DNA of 64,000 nucleotides from the human T2T-CHM13v2.0 reference genome, Homo sapiens, in assembly GCF_009914755.1 (NCBI RefSeq), contig NC_060927.1. One strand, 5' to 3'. Below, piece by piece: positions 35,901 to 55,805 of the stretch (positions are counted from its first letter, which is position 1; every line of letters begins with the position of its first letter). The position numbers and the translations under genes are program-made. The notes beneath the pieces were generated by a model. That model was not told where the DNA came from and searched no databases. It saw only the letters and a list, made by a program, of their open reading frames with translations.

Positions 35901-36009
35901 GTAAATGATGAGTTAACGAGTGCAGCACACCAACATGGCACATGTATACATATGTAACAAACCTGCACATTGTGCACATGTAGCCTAGAACCGAAAGTAT
36001 AATTAAAAA
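32965..36009 (+). mobile_element. Second 5'-inverted L1PA (PA5-like) inserted in host ORF2; itself interrupted by SVA
   Basis: Antisense arm 32965-35590, sense arm ~35600-36009; TSD aagctgataagc (32953-32964, 36010-36021). Confidence 0.88.
33918..35476 (-). mobile_element. Full-length SVA (older, B/C-like)
   Basis: Minus strand: (CCCTCT)n ~35441-35476, Alu-like ~35058-35440, GC-rich VNTR ~34434-35057, SINE-R ~33937-34433, AATAAA (33941-33946), poly(A) 33918-33936. Confidence 0.95.
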
Positions 36010-36089
36010 AAGCTGATAAGCAAATTCAGCAAAGTCTCTGGATTCAAAATCAATGTGCAAAAATCACAACCATTCTTATACACCAATAA

Positions 36090-36215
<126 letters not shown>

Positions 36216-38334
36216 TAGGAAATAAAAGGGGACACAAACAAATGGAAGAACATTCCATGCTCATGGATAGGAAGAATCAATATCATCAAAATGGCCATAC
36301 TCCCCAAGTTAATTTATAGATTCAATGCCGTCTCCATCAAGCTATCAATGACTTTCTTCACAGAATTGGAAAACACTACTTTAAAGTTCATATGGAACCA
36401 AAAAAGAGCCCACATTACCAAGACAATCCAAAGCCAAAAGAACAAAGCTGGAGGCATCATGGTACTTGACTTCAGACTATACTACAAAGCTACAGTAATC
36501 AAAACAGCATGGTACTGGTACCAAAACAGAGAGATAGACCAATGGAACAGAACAGAGGCCTCAGAAATAACACCACACATCTACAACCATCTCATCTTCA
36601 ACAAACCTGACAAAAACCAGCAATGGGGAAATGATTCCCTGTTTAATAAACGGTGCTGGGAAAACTGGCTAGCCATCTGTAGAAAGCTGAAACTGGATCC
36701 CTTCCTTACACTTTATACAAAAATTAATTCAAGACGGATTAAAGACTTAAATGTTAAACCTAAAACCATAAAAACCCTAGAAGAAAACCTAGGCAGTATC
36801 ATTCAGGACATAGGCATGGGCAAGGACTTCATAACTAAAACACCAAAAGCAATGGCAACAAAAGCCAAAATTGACAAATGGGATCTAATTAAACTAAAGA
36901 GCTTCTGCACAGCAAAAGAAACTACCATCAGAGTGAACAGGCAACCTACAGAATGGGAGAAAATTTTTGCAATTTACCCATTTTACAAAGGGCTAATATC
37001 CAGAATCTATGAAGAACTTACACAAATTTACAAGAAAAAAACAAACGACTCCATCAAAAAGTGGGCAAAGGATATGAACAGACACTTCTCAAAAGAAGAC
37101 ATTTATGCAGCCAACAGACACATGAAAAAATGCTCATCATCACTGGTCATCAGAGAAATGCAAATCAAAACCACAATGAGATACCATCTCACACCAGTTA
37201 GAATGGCGATCATTAAAAAGGCAGGAAACAACAGGTGCTAGAGAGATGTGGAGAAATAGGAACACTTTTACACTGTTGATGGGACTGTAAATTAGTTCAA
37301 CCATTGCGGAAGACTGTGTGGCGATTCCTCAAGGATCTAGAACTAGAAATACCATTTGACCCAGCCATCCCATTACTGGGTATGTACCCAAAGGATTATA
37401 AATCATGCTAATATAAAGAAACATGTACATGTATGTTTATTGTGGCACTACTCACAATAGCAAAAACTTGGAACCAACCCAAATGTCCATCAATGATAGA
37501 CTGGATTTAGAAAATGTGGCACATATACACCATGGAATACTATGCAGCCATAAAAAAGGATGAGTCCATTTTCCTTTGCAGGGACATGGATGAAGCTGGA
37601 AACCATCATTCTCAGCAAACTATCACAAGGACAGAAAACCAAACACCGTATGTTCTCACTCATAGGTGGGAATTGAACAATGAGAACACTTGGACACAGG
37701 ACAGGGAACATCATGCATGGGGGCCTGTCATGGGGTAGGGGTCAGGGGGAGGGATAGCATTAGGAGAATACCTAATGTTAATGATAAGTTAATGAGTGCA
37801 GCAAACCAGCATGGCACATGTATACCTATGTAACAAACTTGGACATTGTGCACATGTACACTAGAAGTTAACATATAATAATAATAATAATAATAAAAAG
37901 AAATTTTAGATGCTTGCTTTAGTAAATGTTTTATTGAAATAAAATGACATATCCTACAATTTACCCATTTAAAGTATATGATTCAATGATTTTGAGTATA
38001 TTCAGTGAAGTTTGTAACCATCACCTAATCAATGTTACGATATTTTCATTACTCTAAAAAGAAACCACGTACCTATTACCAGTTACTCCCCTTTCTCTCC
38101 AAACCTTGCAACCCTAGGCAATAACTACTTTAGTCTCTGTGTGTATGAATTTGTTTGTTATAGTCATTTCAAAGCAATAAAACCATACAATATTTGGCAT
38201 TTTGTCACTGGCTTTTTTCTCTTAACAAAATTCTTTCACGATTCATTCATGTCGTATGAGTACTTTATTCCTATTTATTGGTAAATAAGATTCCATTTTA
38301 TCATATTTTATTTATTTATTTTTCAGTGCTTTTT

Positions 38335-38444
38335 GAGGCCTAGGCAGGAGGATTGCTTGAGCCCAGGATTGCTTGAGCCCAGGAGTTCCAGGCTGCAGTG
38401 AGCTATGATCATGCCACTGCACTCCCTGCCTTGAAAAAAAAAAA
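38335..38444 (+). mobile_element. Alu right-arm monomer/fragment
   Basis: gaggcctaggcaggaggattgcttgagccc...gccactgcactcc + A tail; internal 16-bp duplication. Confidence 0.75.
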
Positions 38445-38814
38445 GTAACTTTGTGTTTAACATTTAGAGGACATAACAGACTGCTATAAGAAGTGGCCTC
38501 ATAGAATGAGTTGGGAAGTGTTTCCTCCTCTTCTGTTTTTTTTGGAGGGTTTGTGAAAAATTGATACTAATTCTTCCTCAAATGTTGGGTAGAATTCAAC
38601 AGTGAAGCCCTCTGGGCCTGGGCTATTCTTTGTGAGAGATTTTTCCAATTACAAATTCATTTCATTACTTGTTTTGTCTATTCATATCTTCTAAAGTCAG
38701 TTTTGATAGTTTGTGTTTTTCTAGGAATTTATCCATTTTGTACAGGTTATCTGATTTGTTGGAATATTGTTATTAATAATACTCCATTACAATCTTTTTA
38801 ATTCTCTGAGATAG

Positions 38815-39145
<331 letters not shown>

Positions 39146-39245
39146 TTTGCTCTTGATTATAATAATGTTAGTTTCTCTTCTTGTCTTGGTCAACCTAGCT
39201 AAAGTTTTGTCAACCGTTTTGACCTTTTCAAAGAAGCTGCTTTTT

Positions 39246-40410
<1,165 letters not shown>

Positions 40411-40589
40411 TTCAAAGAACCAACTTTTAGATTATTTGCTTTTGTATATATTTTTTCTTTAATACTTCATTAATTTGTGCTATAATCTTTATTTCCTTTT
40501 TTCTGTTTGCTTTCAGTTTAGTTTTTTTTATTTTTCTATATTTTAATGTGAATGGTGAGGATATTGATTTGAGGTAATTTTGTTTTCTT

Positions 40590-40755
40590 TTTTCCTTGTT
40601 TTGAGACAGGGTCCCATTCTGTCACGCAGGCAGGAGTGCAGTGGCATGATCATGGATCACGGCTCACTGCAGCCTCAACCTCCCTGGCTCAAGTGATCCT
40701 CCCACCCGAGCCTTTCAAGTAGTTGGGACTACAGGCCTTTGCTACCATGCCCAGA

Positions 40756-40794
<39 letters not shown>

Positions 40795-40908
40795 GACAGG
40801 GTCTACCTATGTTGCCCAGTCTGGTCTCAATACCCTGGACTCAAGCAATCTTTCCACCCCAGCCTCCCAAAGTGCTGGGATTTCAGGTGCAACCCACTGG
40901 GCTCAGCC
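40590..40908 (-). mobile_element. AluJ with (GATT)n expansion in the linker
   Basis: Diverged Alu; (gatt)n at ~40753-40792. Confidence 0.85.
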
Positions 40909-41409
40909 TTTTTTTCTTTTCTTTTCTTCTCTTTTCCTTTCTTTAACATACTTGCTTATGGCTATAAATTTTCCTCTCAGCATTGCTTAAGCTGCATACT
41001 GGAGTTTTTAGTATGTTATATCTTCGTTTCATTCTTCACAAAGTATTTTTCGTTTCTTTCGTTTGTTATTCAGTCAGATGTTAGTATAGCCACTGAAGAT
41101 TCCTTACGGCTGCTATTTCCATGTTATGTCCTTTTTTATGGTTTGCTTTAAACTTTTTTGTATCTTTGATCAAAGCGTGTCTCCTGTAGAAAGCATATAG
41201 TTGGATACTATTTGCTTGTTTTGTGCAGTCATACTATATCTTCCTTTTGATTGGAATGTTTAATCAATTCACATTTAGTGTTATTGTTGGTACTGTTAGA
41301 TTGATGTCTGTAAATTTAGTTTTTATTTTCCATATGTTCATGCCTTTTTTCCTTGTACTCCTCCTTTACTGATTTTTTAACATTAAATGAATATTTTTAA
41401 AAAATTTAA

Positions 41410-44400
41410 TTTCTATTTATTTATTTATTTACTTTAAGTTCTGGGATACATAGGCAGAATGTGTAGGTTTGTTACATAGGTATACATGTGCCATGGTGTT
41501 TTGCTGCACCTGTCAACCCATCATCTAGGTTTTAAGCCCCGCATGCATTAGGTATTTGTCTTAATACTCTCCCTCCCCATCACCCCTACCCCACAGCATG
41601 CCCCAGTATTTGATGTTCCCCTCCCTGGGTCCATGTGTTCTCATTGTCCAACTCCCAATTATGAGTGAGAGTTTGGTTTTCTGTTCCTATTTAAATTTGC
41701 TGAGAATGATGGCTTCCAGCTTCATCTATGTCCCGGCAAAGGACATGAACTCATTCTATTTTACGGTTGCATAGTATTCCATGGTGTATATGTGCCGCAT
41801 TTTCTTAATCCAGTCTATCACTGATGGACATTTGGGTTGGTTCCAAGTTTTTGCTATTGTGAATAGTGCTGCAATAAACATATGCATGCATGTGTCTTTA
41901 TAGTAGAATTATTTATAATCCTTTGGATATATACCCAGGAGTGGGATTGCTGGGTCAAATGGTGTTTCCGGTTCTAGATCCTTGAGGAACCAAAACACTG
42001 TCTTCCACATTGATTGAAGTAATTTACACTGCCACCAACAGTGTAAAAGCATTTCTATTTATTCACAGACTCACCAGCGTCTGTTCTTTCCTGACTCTTT
42101 AATAGCCATTCTAACTGGCGTGAGATGGTATCTCATTGTGGTTTTGATTTGCATTTCTCTAATGACCAGTGATGATGAACCTTTTTTCATATCTTTCTTA
42201 GCTGCATAAATGTCTTTTGAGAAGTGTCTGTTCACATACTTCTCCCACTTTTTGATGGTTTTTTTTTCTTGTAAATTTGTTTAAGTTCCTTGTAGATTCT
42301 GGATATTAGACCTTTGTCAGATGGATAGCTTGTAAAAATTTTCTCCCATTCTGTTGGTTGCCTGTTCACTCTGATGATAGTTTCTTTTGCTGTGCAGAAA
42401 CTCATAAGTTTGATTAGATCCCATATGTCAATTTTGGCTTTTGTTGCCATTGCTTTTGATGTTTTAGTCATGAAGTCTTTGCCCATGCCTATGTCCTGAA
42501 TGGTATTGCCTAGGTTTTCTTCTAGGATTTTTTATGTGTTTAGGTCTTACATTTAAGTCTTTAATTCTTCTTGAGCTAATTTTTGTATAAGGTGTAAGGA
42601 GTAGGTCCAGTTTCTGTTTTCTGCATATCGCTAGCCAGTTTTCCCAGCACCATTTATTAAATAGGGAATCTCTTCCCCATTGCTTGTTTTTGCCAAGTTT
42701 GTTGAAGATCAGATGGTTGTAGGTGTGTGGTATTATTTCTGAGGTCTTTGTTCTGTTTCATTGGTCTATATATCTGTTTTGGTTCCAGTACCATGCTGTT
42801 TTGGTTACTGTAGCCTTGTAGTATAGTGTGAACTCAGGTAGCGTGATGCTTCCAGCTTTGTTCTTTTTGCTTAGGAGTGTCTTACCTATACGGGTTATTT
42901 TTTGGTTCCATATGAAATTTAAAGTAGATTTTTCTAATTCTGCAAAGAAAGTCAAAGGTAGCTTGTTGGAATTTCATTGAATCTATAAGTTACTTTGAAC
43001 AGTATGGCCATTTCACAATATTGATTCTTCCTATCCATGAGCATACAATTTTTTTCCGTTTGTTTGTGTGCTCTCTGATTACCTCGCAGTGGTTTGTCAT
43101 TCTCCTTGAAGAGGTCCTTTACGTCCCTTGTAAGTTGTATTCTTAGGTATTTTATTCTCTTTGTAGCAACTATGAATAGGCGTTCACTCATGATTTGGCT
43201 CTCTACTTGTCTATTATCGATGTATAGGAATGCTTGTGATTTTTGCACACTGATTTTGTATCTTGAGACTCTGCTGAAGTTGCTTATCAGCTTAAGGAGA
43301 TTTTGGGCTGAGATGATGGGGTTTTCTAAATATACAATCTTGTCATCTGCAAACAGAGACAATATGACTTCCTCTTTTCCTAACTGAATACCTTTCATTT
43401 CTTTCTCTTGCCTGATTGCCCTGGCCAGAACTTCTAATACTATGTTGAATAGGAGTGGTGAGAGACCGCATCCTTGTCTTGTGCCAGTTTTCAAAGGGAA
43501 TGCTTCCAGCTTTTGCACATTCAGTATGATATTGGCTGTGGGTTTTTCATAAATAGCTTTTATTATTTTTACATATCTTCTATCAATACCTAGTTTATTG
43601 AGAGTTTTTAGCATGAAAGGATGTTGAATTTGATCAAAGGCCCTTTTCTGCATCTATTGAGATAATCATGTGGTTTTTGTCATTCGATCTGTTTATGTGA
43701 TGGATTATGTTTATTGACTTGTGTATGTTGAGCTAGCCTTGCATCCCAGGGGTGAAGTCGACTTGATCTTGGTGGGTAAGCTTTTTGATGTGCTGCTGGA
43801 TTTGGTCTGCCAGTATTTTATTGAAGATTTTTGTATTGATGTTCATCAGGGATATTGGCCTGAAATTTTCTTTTTTTCTTGTGTTTCTGCCAGGTTTTGG
43901 TATCAGGATGATGCTGGCCTCACAAAATGAGTTAGGGAGGAGTGCCTCTTTTTCTTTTGTTTGGAATAGTTTCAGAAGGAATGATTCCAGCTCCTCTTTG
44001 TACCTCTGGTAGAATTTGGCTGTGAATCCATCCGTTCTTGGACTTTTTTGGTTGGTAGGCTATTAATTACTGCCTCAATTTCAGAGCTTGTTATTGGTAC
44101 ATTCCAGGATTTAACTTCTTCCTGTTTTAGTCTTGGGAGGGTGTATGTGTCCAGGAATTTATCCATTTCTTCCAGATTTTCTAGTTTATTTGCATAGAGG
44201 TGCTAATAGTATTCTCTGATGGTAGTTTGTATTTCTATGTGATCAGTGGTGATATCCCCTTTATCATTTCTTATTGCATCTATTTGATTCTTCTCTCTTT
44301 TCTTCTTCATTAGTCTAGCTAGCAGTCTATTTTGTTAAGCTTTTCAAAAAACCAGCTTCTGGATTCATTGATTTTTTGAAGAGTTTCTCATGTCTCTGTC

Positions 44401-45770
44401 TCCTTCAGTTCCACTCTGAACTTAGTTATTTCTTGTCTTGTGCCAGCTTTTGAATTTGTTTGCCCTTTCTTCTCTAGTTTTTTTCATTGTGATGTTAGTG
44501 TGTTGATTTTTTATCTTTCTTGCTTTCTGATGTGAGCATTTAGTGCTATAAATTCTGCTCTTAACACTGATTTAGCTGTGTCCCAGAGATTCTGGGTTCG
44601 TTGTCTCTCTCTTTGTTCTCATTGGTTTCAAATAGCTTATTTATTTCTGCCTTAATTTTGTTATTTACCCAGTAGTCATTCAGGAGCAGGTTACTCAATT
44701 TCCATTAGTTGTGTGGTTTTGAGTGAATTTCTTAATCCTGAGTTCTAATTTGATTGCACTGTGGTCTGAGAGACTGTTTGTTATGATTTCCATTCATTTG
44801 CATTTGCTGAGGAGTGTTTTGTTTCCAATTATGTGGTCAATTTTAGAATAAGTGTTATGTGGCACTGAGAAGAATGTATATTCTGTTGATTTGTGGTGGA
44901 GAGTTCTGCAGATGTCTATTAGGTCTTCTTGGTCCAGGGCCAAGTTCAAGTACTGAATATCCTTGTTAATTTTCTGTCTTGTTGATCTGTCTAATATTGA
45001 TAGTGGGGTGTTAAATTCTCCCACTATTGCTATGCAGGAGTCCAAGTCTCTCTGTAGTCCTCTAAGAACTTGTCTTATGAATCTGGGTGGTATATTGGCT
45101 CATATCCCAGTATGTGGATACCACTGTATTGGGAGCATATATGTTTAGGATAGTTAGCACTTCTTGTTGCATTGATCCCTTTACCATTATGTAATGTCCT
45201 TCTTTTCCTTTTTTGATCTTTGTTGGTTTAAAGTCTGTTTTATCAGAGACTAGGATTGCAACCCCTACTGTTTTTTGCTTTCCATTTGCTTGGTAAATAT
45301 TCCTCCATCTTTTTATTTTGAGCCTAAGTATGTCTTTACATGTGAGATGGGTCTCCTGATGCAGCACATCGATGGGTCTTGATTCTTTATCCAATTTATC
45401 TGTCTTGTCTTTAATTGGAGACTTTAGCCCATTTACATTAAATGTTAATATTGTTATGTGTGAATTTGATCCTATAATTATGACGCTAGCTGGTTATTTT
45501 GTACATTAGTTGATGCAGTTTCTTCACAGTGTCATTGGTCTTTATATTTTTGTATGTTTTTGCAGTGGCCGGTACTGGTTGTTTTTTTTTTTCCATATTT
45601 AGTGCTTCCTTCAGGAGCTCTTGTAAGGCAGACCTGGTGGTGACAATATCCCTCAACATTTGCCTTGTCTGGAAAGCATTTTATTTATGTGCTTATTAAG
45701 CTTAGCTTGGCTGGATATGAAATTCTCGTTTGAAAATTATTTTCTTTAAGAATGTTGAATATTGGCCCCC
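41410..45770 (-). mobile_element. 5'-truncated L1PA8-like element (ORF1 end, ORF2, 3'UTR), disrupted
   Basis: 3'UTR ctaggttttaagccccgcatgcattagg; minus-strand ORF2 peptides; joins directly to a truncated Alu. Confidence 0.92.
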
Positions 45771-45980
45771 TCCTGGGTTCAAGGGATTCTCGTGCCTCAG
45801 CCTCCCGAGTAGATGGGATTACCGGCACGTGCCACCACACCTGGCTAATTCTTGTATTTTTAGTAAGGACAGGGTTTCACCATGTTGGCCAGGCCGGTGT
45901 TGAACACCTGACCTCAGGTGATCCACCTACCTTGGCCTCCCAAATTGCTGGGATTACAGGAATCAGCCATTGTGCTCTGC
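45769..45980 (-). mobile_element. AluS lacking its 3' end and poly(A)
   Basis: Begins mid right arm (cctcctgggttcaag) immediately after L1 sequence. Confidence 0.85.
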
Positions 45981-47882
45981 TCTTCTTCTCCTTTTTTTGT
46001 CCAATTTTTTGTTATATGTTTTATATCTATATGTGCTGCAAATCCAATAATACATTATTTAAATTAAATTATTATTAAATCTTATATAATTGTATGTCTT
46101 TTAAGAATGTTGACAAAAAATGTAGATCAAGTATATATTCACAGAATCTGTTACATTGATGTTTTTGCTTATCATTTTTGGTTTTCTTCATTTGTTGCTG
46201 TAGATTCAAATTACCAACTGGTATCTTTTCCTTGTTCCAATACAGCTTTGCTCTCACCCACCTTCTTTTTCTTGTTATTGGCAAATATATATACAGATCT
46301 CACAATACAATTATATACATATTGTTTTATATAATTGATTTTTAAGTCAGTTAAGAGGTGGTTGGAGAATACATATGCAATTATGTCATTGTAATTATCT
46401 ACCTAGTTACCTTTACTGGTACTCTGTTCTTTGTGTAGACTTAAATTACTTGCTGGGTCACTTTCTTTCAGCCTGAAGGACTTTTTTTAGTATTTTTTGT
46501 AAGATAGCTCTGTTATCAACAAATTCTCTCAGTTTTTGTTTATCTTGAAATTATCTTTATTTCATCTTTATTTTTGAAAGACAGTTTTGCTCAACATAAG
46601 ACTCTTGGTTGGCAGACTTTTTTTCTTCTACTATTTTAAATATGTCATATCACATTCCATTGCCTTTCAGCCTCCATTGTTTCTAAAAGTTAGCTGTTAA
46701 TCTTAATAGGGTTCTTTTGTACACACTGCTTTCAAGGTGTTTTATTTTTTTTTCTTTTAAGCATGTTTACTGGGATGTTTCTGAGTAGAGATTTCTTTAT
46801 CCTACTTGGAGTTTATTGAAATTCTTAAAGCATAGATAATGTTTTTTTCAAATTTAGGAAAGTTTTCAACCATTATTTTAAAAAATGTTTGTATTCCTTT
46901 CTTTCCTTTTCTTCTATTTCAATTATGTATATTCTTGTGATTAACAGTATTCCATATTTCTTTGAGATTGTTCATACTCCTTCATTCTTTTTTTCTGTTT
47001 TTTTTTTCTGTGCTATTGCAATAATCTCTGTGTTCTTCCAGCATCAGTCTCTTACACCCTCAAAATTGCTCTATTAAATGAAGACACATTAATATTTTTG
47101 AAACATTGCTTTACACTCATCACTCCCTAACTTGAAAGCTTCTCATAACTCTCCATTGTCTATACTGAAAATAAGTTTAGAGATTGCCATTGATTGGCTA
47201 TTTTGTACCTCATTAACATTATTTCCCCTATTTCCCTTCACAAATCTTTTAATCTAGTCAAATTGGCCTGTCAGTAAAACCAGTTTTAATCTCAACCTCT
47301 ACAGCACTTTATGCTTATCACTCATTTCATTATAGTACTTCATATTGTCATTTTTACTTATTTTTTAATACAGTGAATTTTAAGCCTCTGGAATTCAGTT
47401 GTTTAATACCCTAACACTTGGTACACTACTCTGAATGTTAGGAATAGTAAGAAATATAATTGTCGATAATGTTGTGATACACAACATGACATTTAATCAT
47501 GTTTCAATTAGTGACAGTCAATAAGTATAATCAAAGCACAAAAATTCTCTCCCAAGAATAAATTGGTAGAGTTGGAAATTGAAGGAAAATGTTAACTTAA
47601 CAAGTAATTATATAATTATTCTTTCCCACTGAAATAAATTGATGACTCTGATGTATATTGATTAAAAATGCTTTAATATGTACAAACAACTGCAAATATA
47701 CTGTTTTGTTCAATTAATGGTTTGACAATTTAGTGAAGTGCTGGATGGAAAAGACATATAAACTAAGGGGAGTGGACCTCTCCCCTGGCTGTGTCACTTT
47801 TTTATTTCTCTCTATTCCCACATCATTACCAAAGCCAGTAATCTCCAACCATCTATTTCTCAATCTTAAGACTATTGTTCAG

Positions 47883-48175
<293 letters not shown>

Positions 48176-49078
48176 CTATTGTTCAGACAAGTTCCTGAGC
48201 AAAAGTTTTCTCTTTCTAAGACATCATGATCTACATATAATGTTAGCAATTCTATTTTACATATGGCACAGTATGTATATTTTTGTACAGTGTGAATGAT
48301 TATGGTCAATTTTTTATTATTTGTTTCTTCTTTAGTCAACATAGGGTAAAATAAAGAAAAGGCAATTTCAGAAAGCATGCCAAGCAGCAGATATTGATTT
48401 GTTGTTTGTTAATTCCTTGCCCTTTAAACAAGTTGAATAAAGCTATCTTGATATCCTATTTGGATATGCTTATGTTATTCTGAAGCTAATCTGAAAATTT
48501 AAAGCTATATGCATGTAAACTTCTATGTAATAGATATGTAATAGATAAACAATGTATTACATAGGTATCTATGTAATAGATAATGTATTACATAGGTATC
48601 TATGTAATAGATAAACAACTGTGGTAATACAAGAATAAATAAGGGTACTTACTGAAAATAAAAAAGAAACAAATATTGCATTTCAGAACACAAGCCAGTT
48701 TAACCAAAATGAGAAAGAATTAAACTGAAAGCATAACTAGAAAGATAAGCATGTTATGTGCAGAAGTAGCTTCATTTCTATTTCCTTCTCTTTTTGATCC
48801 TTTATTCAAAATCTTAGGGAGTCTAAACAGAATAACCCATCCCCTATAAGAAATTATCATTTTTGTTTTATGCAAAATGAATACATCATTAAAATGATTT
48901 TTAAAAATCATGAAATGTAGTATCTGTGTTCATTGTCTAATGGAAGTTTTTAAAAATGTATTTGATAGAATAATTTTAATAGTTCATTGTATGCTTTAAA
49001 TAGCAAGTATTTCTCTGTATGAAAGGAGTTTGCATGTATTATAGATAAAATATTGATCCTAGTATGGATTGTCATTGT

Positions 49079-49471
49079 TGTCCTAGTCTGTTTCATGTTG
49101 CTGTAACAGAATACTACACACTACGCAATGTATAAACAATAGAGGTTTATTTGGCTTATGATTCTGGAGGCTGTAAAGGCCAAGATTGAGGGGCAACATC
49201 TGATGAGGGACTTCTTACTGTGTTATAACATGGTGGAAGGTATCACATGTTGAGAGATGTGCAAGAGAGGGAAGGGGGCTGAGCTAATCCTTTCATCAGA
49301 AACCCACTCCCATGATAACCAACCCACTCTCACAATAACTGTATTAATTCATCCATGAGGGCAAAGCCCCCATGTCCTAATCACCTCTTAAAAGTCTCAT
49401 TCTCAATACTGTTGCATTGGGGATTAAGTTTCCAACACATGAATTTTGGGGGACACATTCAAACCATAGCA
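49079..49471 (-). mobile_element. MaLR solo LTR (MST/MLT1A-like)
   Basis: TG...CA ends, gattctggaggct and ggggacacattcaaaccatagca motifs; 5-bp TSD attgt/atagt. Confidence 0.85.
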
Positions 49472-49848
49472 ATAGTAATACATTTCATTATGTAGATAAG
49501 TATGTATGTGTGGTCTTCAATTCTAAACTTATTTTGTCTTCAAACTTTAATAATTAAAATAACTCCACATGAAATTAGATTTATGTGTGAAGGATGTAAA
49601 GTGATAAAAGTTATATAATTTTACAGGTAATTTTATGAATTATATAGCAGACAATTATTGCAACTCTAAAGATTGTTTACAAATTCAACAAAAATATTGG
49701 GATTCATAGATATAAGTTTATCCTATTATGACAAACATAGAATTAACATTATTATTCCTTTATCTTTAAATTCCCTTAGTCAAATTTTTTAATTCTTACA
49801 GATGAATATAATTTAAATTAGATTCAATTAAATATTTTTTTTCTTTAG

Positions 49849-49927
49849 GAAAAAGTCAAAGAGAAGGAAGAAAATCTGAATCTTGTAAACCAATTCTTAA
49901 AGTAGAATACAAGACCTGCAAAAACAG
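49849..49927 (+). CDS. STXBP5L: Tomosyn-2 internal coding exon, 79 nt, phase 1 to phase 2
   Basis: ttttttttctttAG acceptor, AG|GTATG donor; continues the frame of the upstream exon: (G)KSQREGRKSESCKPILKVEYKTCKN(S). Confidence 0.95.
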
Positions 49928-50453
49928 GTATGCATTTTTACTTTAGGGAAAGAGGGATACGAAGCAGAGACAAAAAATGCAGATGACCTTTAATGTTAAG
50001 ATATTGTTTAAAGTTTTACAAAATTGTAAAGACAACTGAATCCTCAATATTAACATAATTGACTTGTCTCATAGACATATCTCTGATGATTATTATTATG
50101 ATTATTATAAATTACAAGTGTTAATTATTTCAGGATTCTTAATGAACATTTAGACAAGTATTATACACATTAATTTTAACAGTAAAGGACTTCTGGCCAT
50201 GCATATTACAAGTAGCAGGATTTATTAAGCAGAAGCAATGTGCCCGTTAATATTGCATGTGAAAGACTTAAATACATAACCAAGTGTCTATACTTTAAGA
50301 TCTTACATTCTGAAGTTGGAAGATTACAGTTTGTTCGAAAGATAAAGTTGTGTATATTAATGTAATAAAAAGTACTAAATTTTAAGGTGTTGAAAAATAC
50401 AAAAATAATAATATTTAGTAAAATATTATTTTGTGTTTAAAGTAGCTATATCC

Positions 50454-50802
<349 letters not shown>

Positions 50803-51077
50803 TTAGTGGCAATACACTCATTGAGAATTACCATAATAAATCTTGCCTAAACATTAAATTTATTTTAATTCAAATTAAATAATCCTAGTTTATATTAATA
50901 ATATGAACATTTTATAATGTTTTCTTGGTATCATAGGTATACTGAATGTTTGTTTATAACTGCTCTTTTAAAATTTTAATAGTACAAAATTATGCTCATT
51001 TTTAACCTGTTATTTTATCTATATATAGATATCTCTTTAGCCTACTATGCATTCACTGATAAAAATGAACACTGTTT

Positions 51078-52435
<1,358 letters not shown>

Positions 52436-53339
52436 CCCACTGTTTTATACCATTATAACTAAAGTATTAGAAAGTTTCAAATTTAATCATTATTAATGGA
52501 AATATGAAATATATGACATATATTTTGCCTCTTGAAATATTACTTATAGTTTAAGCTTTGCTTGAGTTTTCAGGTTCAACATTATTTACAATATTTCTTA
52601 TGTGGTATTGCACTTCAAGGATTATTAAGGTGCAGGACACTATATTAACTGTTCCTAGCAGCTTGTGGTATTATTTTATGGGTTTTTTTCACATTATATA
52701 TAGTTTATTATACTTTAAGTTTTGGAATACATGTGTAAAAAGTGCAGGTTTGTTACATAGTTATACACGTGCCATGGTGGTTTGCTGCACCCATCATCTA
52801 CATTAGGTATTTCTCCTAATGCTATCCCTCCCCTAGCCTCCCAACCCCCACAACCCCCAACAGGCCACGGTGTGTGATGTTCCCCTCCCTATGTCCATGT
52901 ATTCTCATTGTTCGATTCCCAATTATGAGTGAGAATATGCAGTGTTTGGTTTTCTGTTCCGGTGTTAGTTTGCTGAGAATGATGGTTTCCAGCTTCATCC
53001 ATGTCCCTGCAAAGGACATGAACTTGTCTTTTTTAATAGCTGCACAGTATTATTCCATGGTGTATATGTGCTACATTTTCGTTATCCAATCTATCATTGA
53101 TGGGCATTTGGGTTGGTTCCAAGTCTTTGCTATAGTGAATAGTGCTGAAGTAAACATACATGTGCATGTGTCTTTATAGTAGAATGATTTATAATCCTTT
53201 GGATACATAACCAGAAATGGGATTGCTCGGTCAAATGGTATTTCTGGTTCTAGATCCTTGAGGAATCGCCACAATGTCTTCCACAATGGTGGAACTAATT
53301 TACACTCCCAACAACACTGTAAAAGCATTCCTATTTTTT

Positions 53340-55805
<2,466 letters not shown>

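Noticed and set aside
36291-37241. 316-aa ORF, the longest in the window
   Set aside because: Residual L1 ORF2 C-terminal fragment lacking EN and the RT core
38349-38380. 16-bp tandem duplication in an Alu monomer
   Set aside because: Ordinary slippage between agga microhomologies
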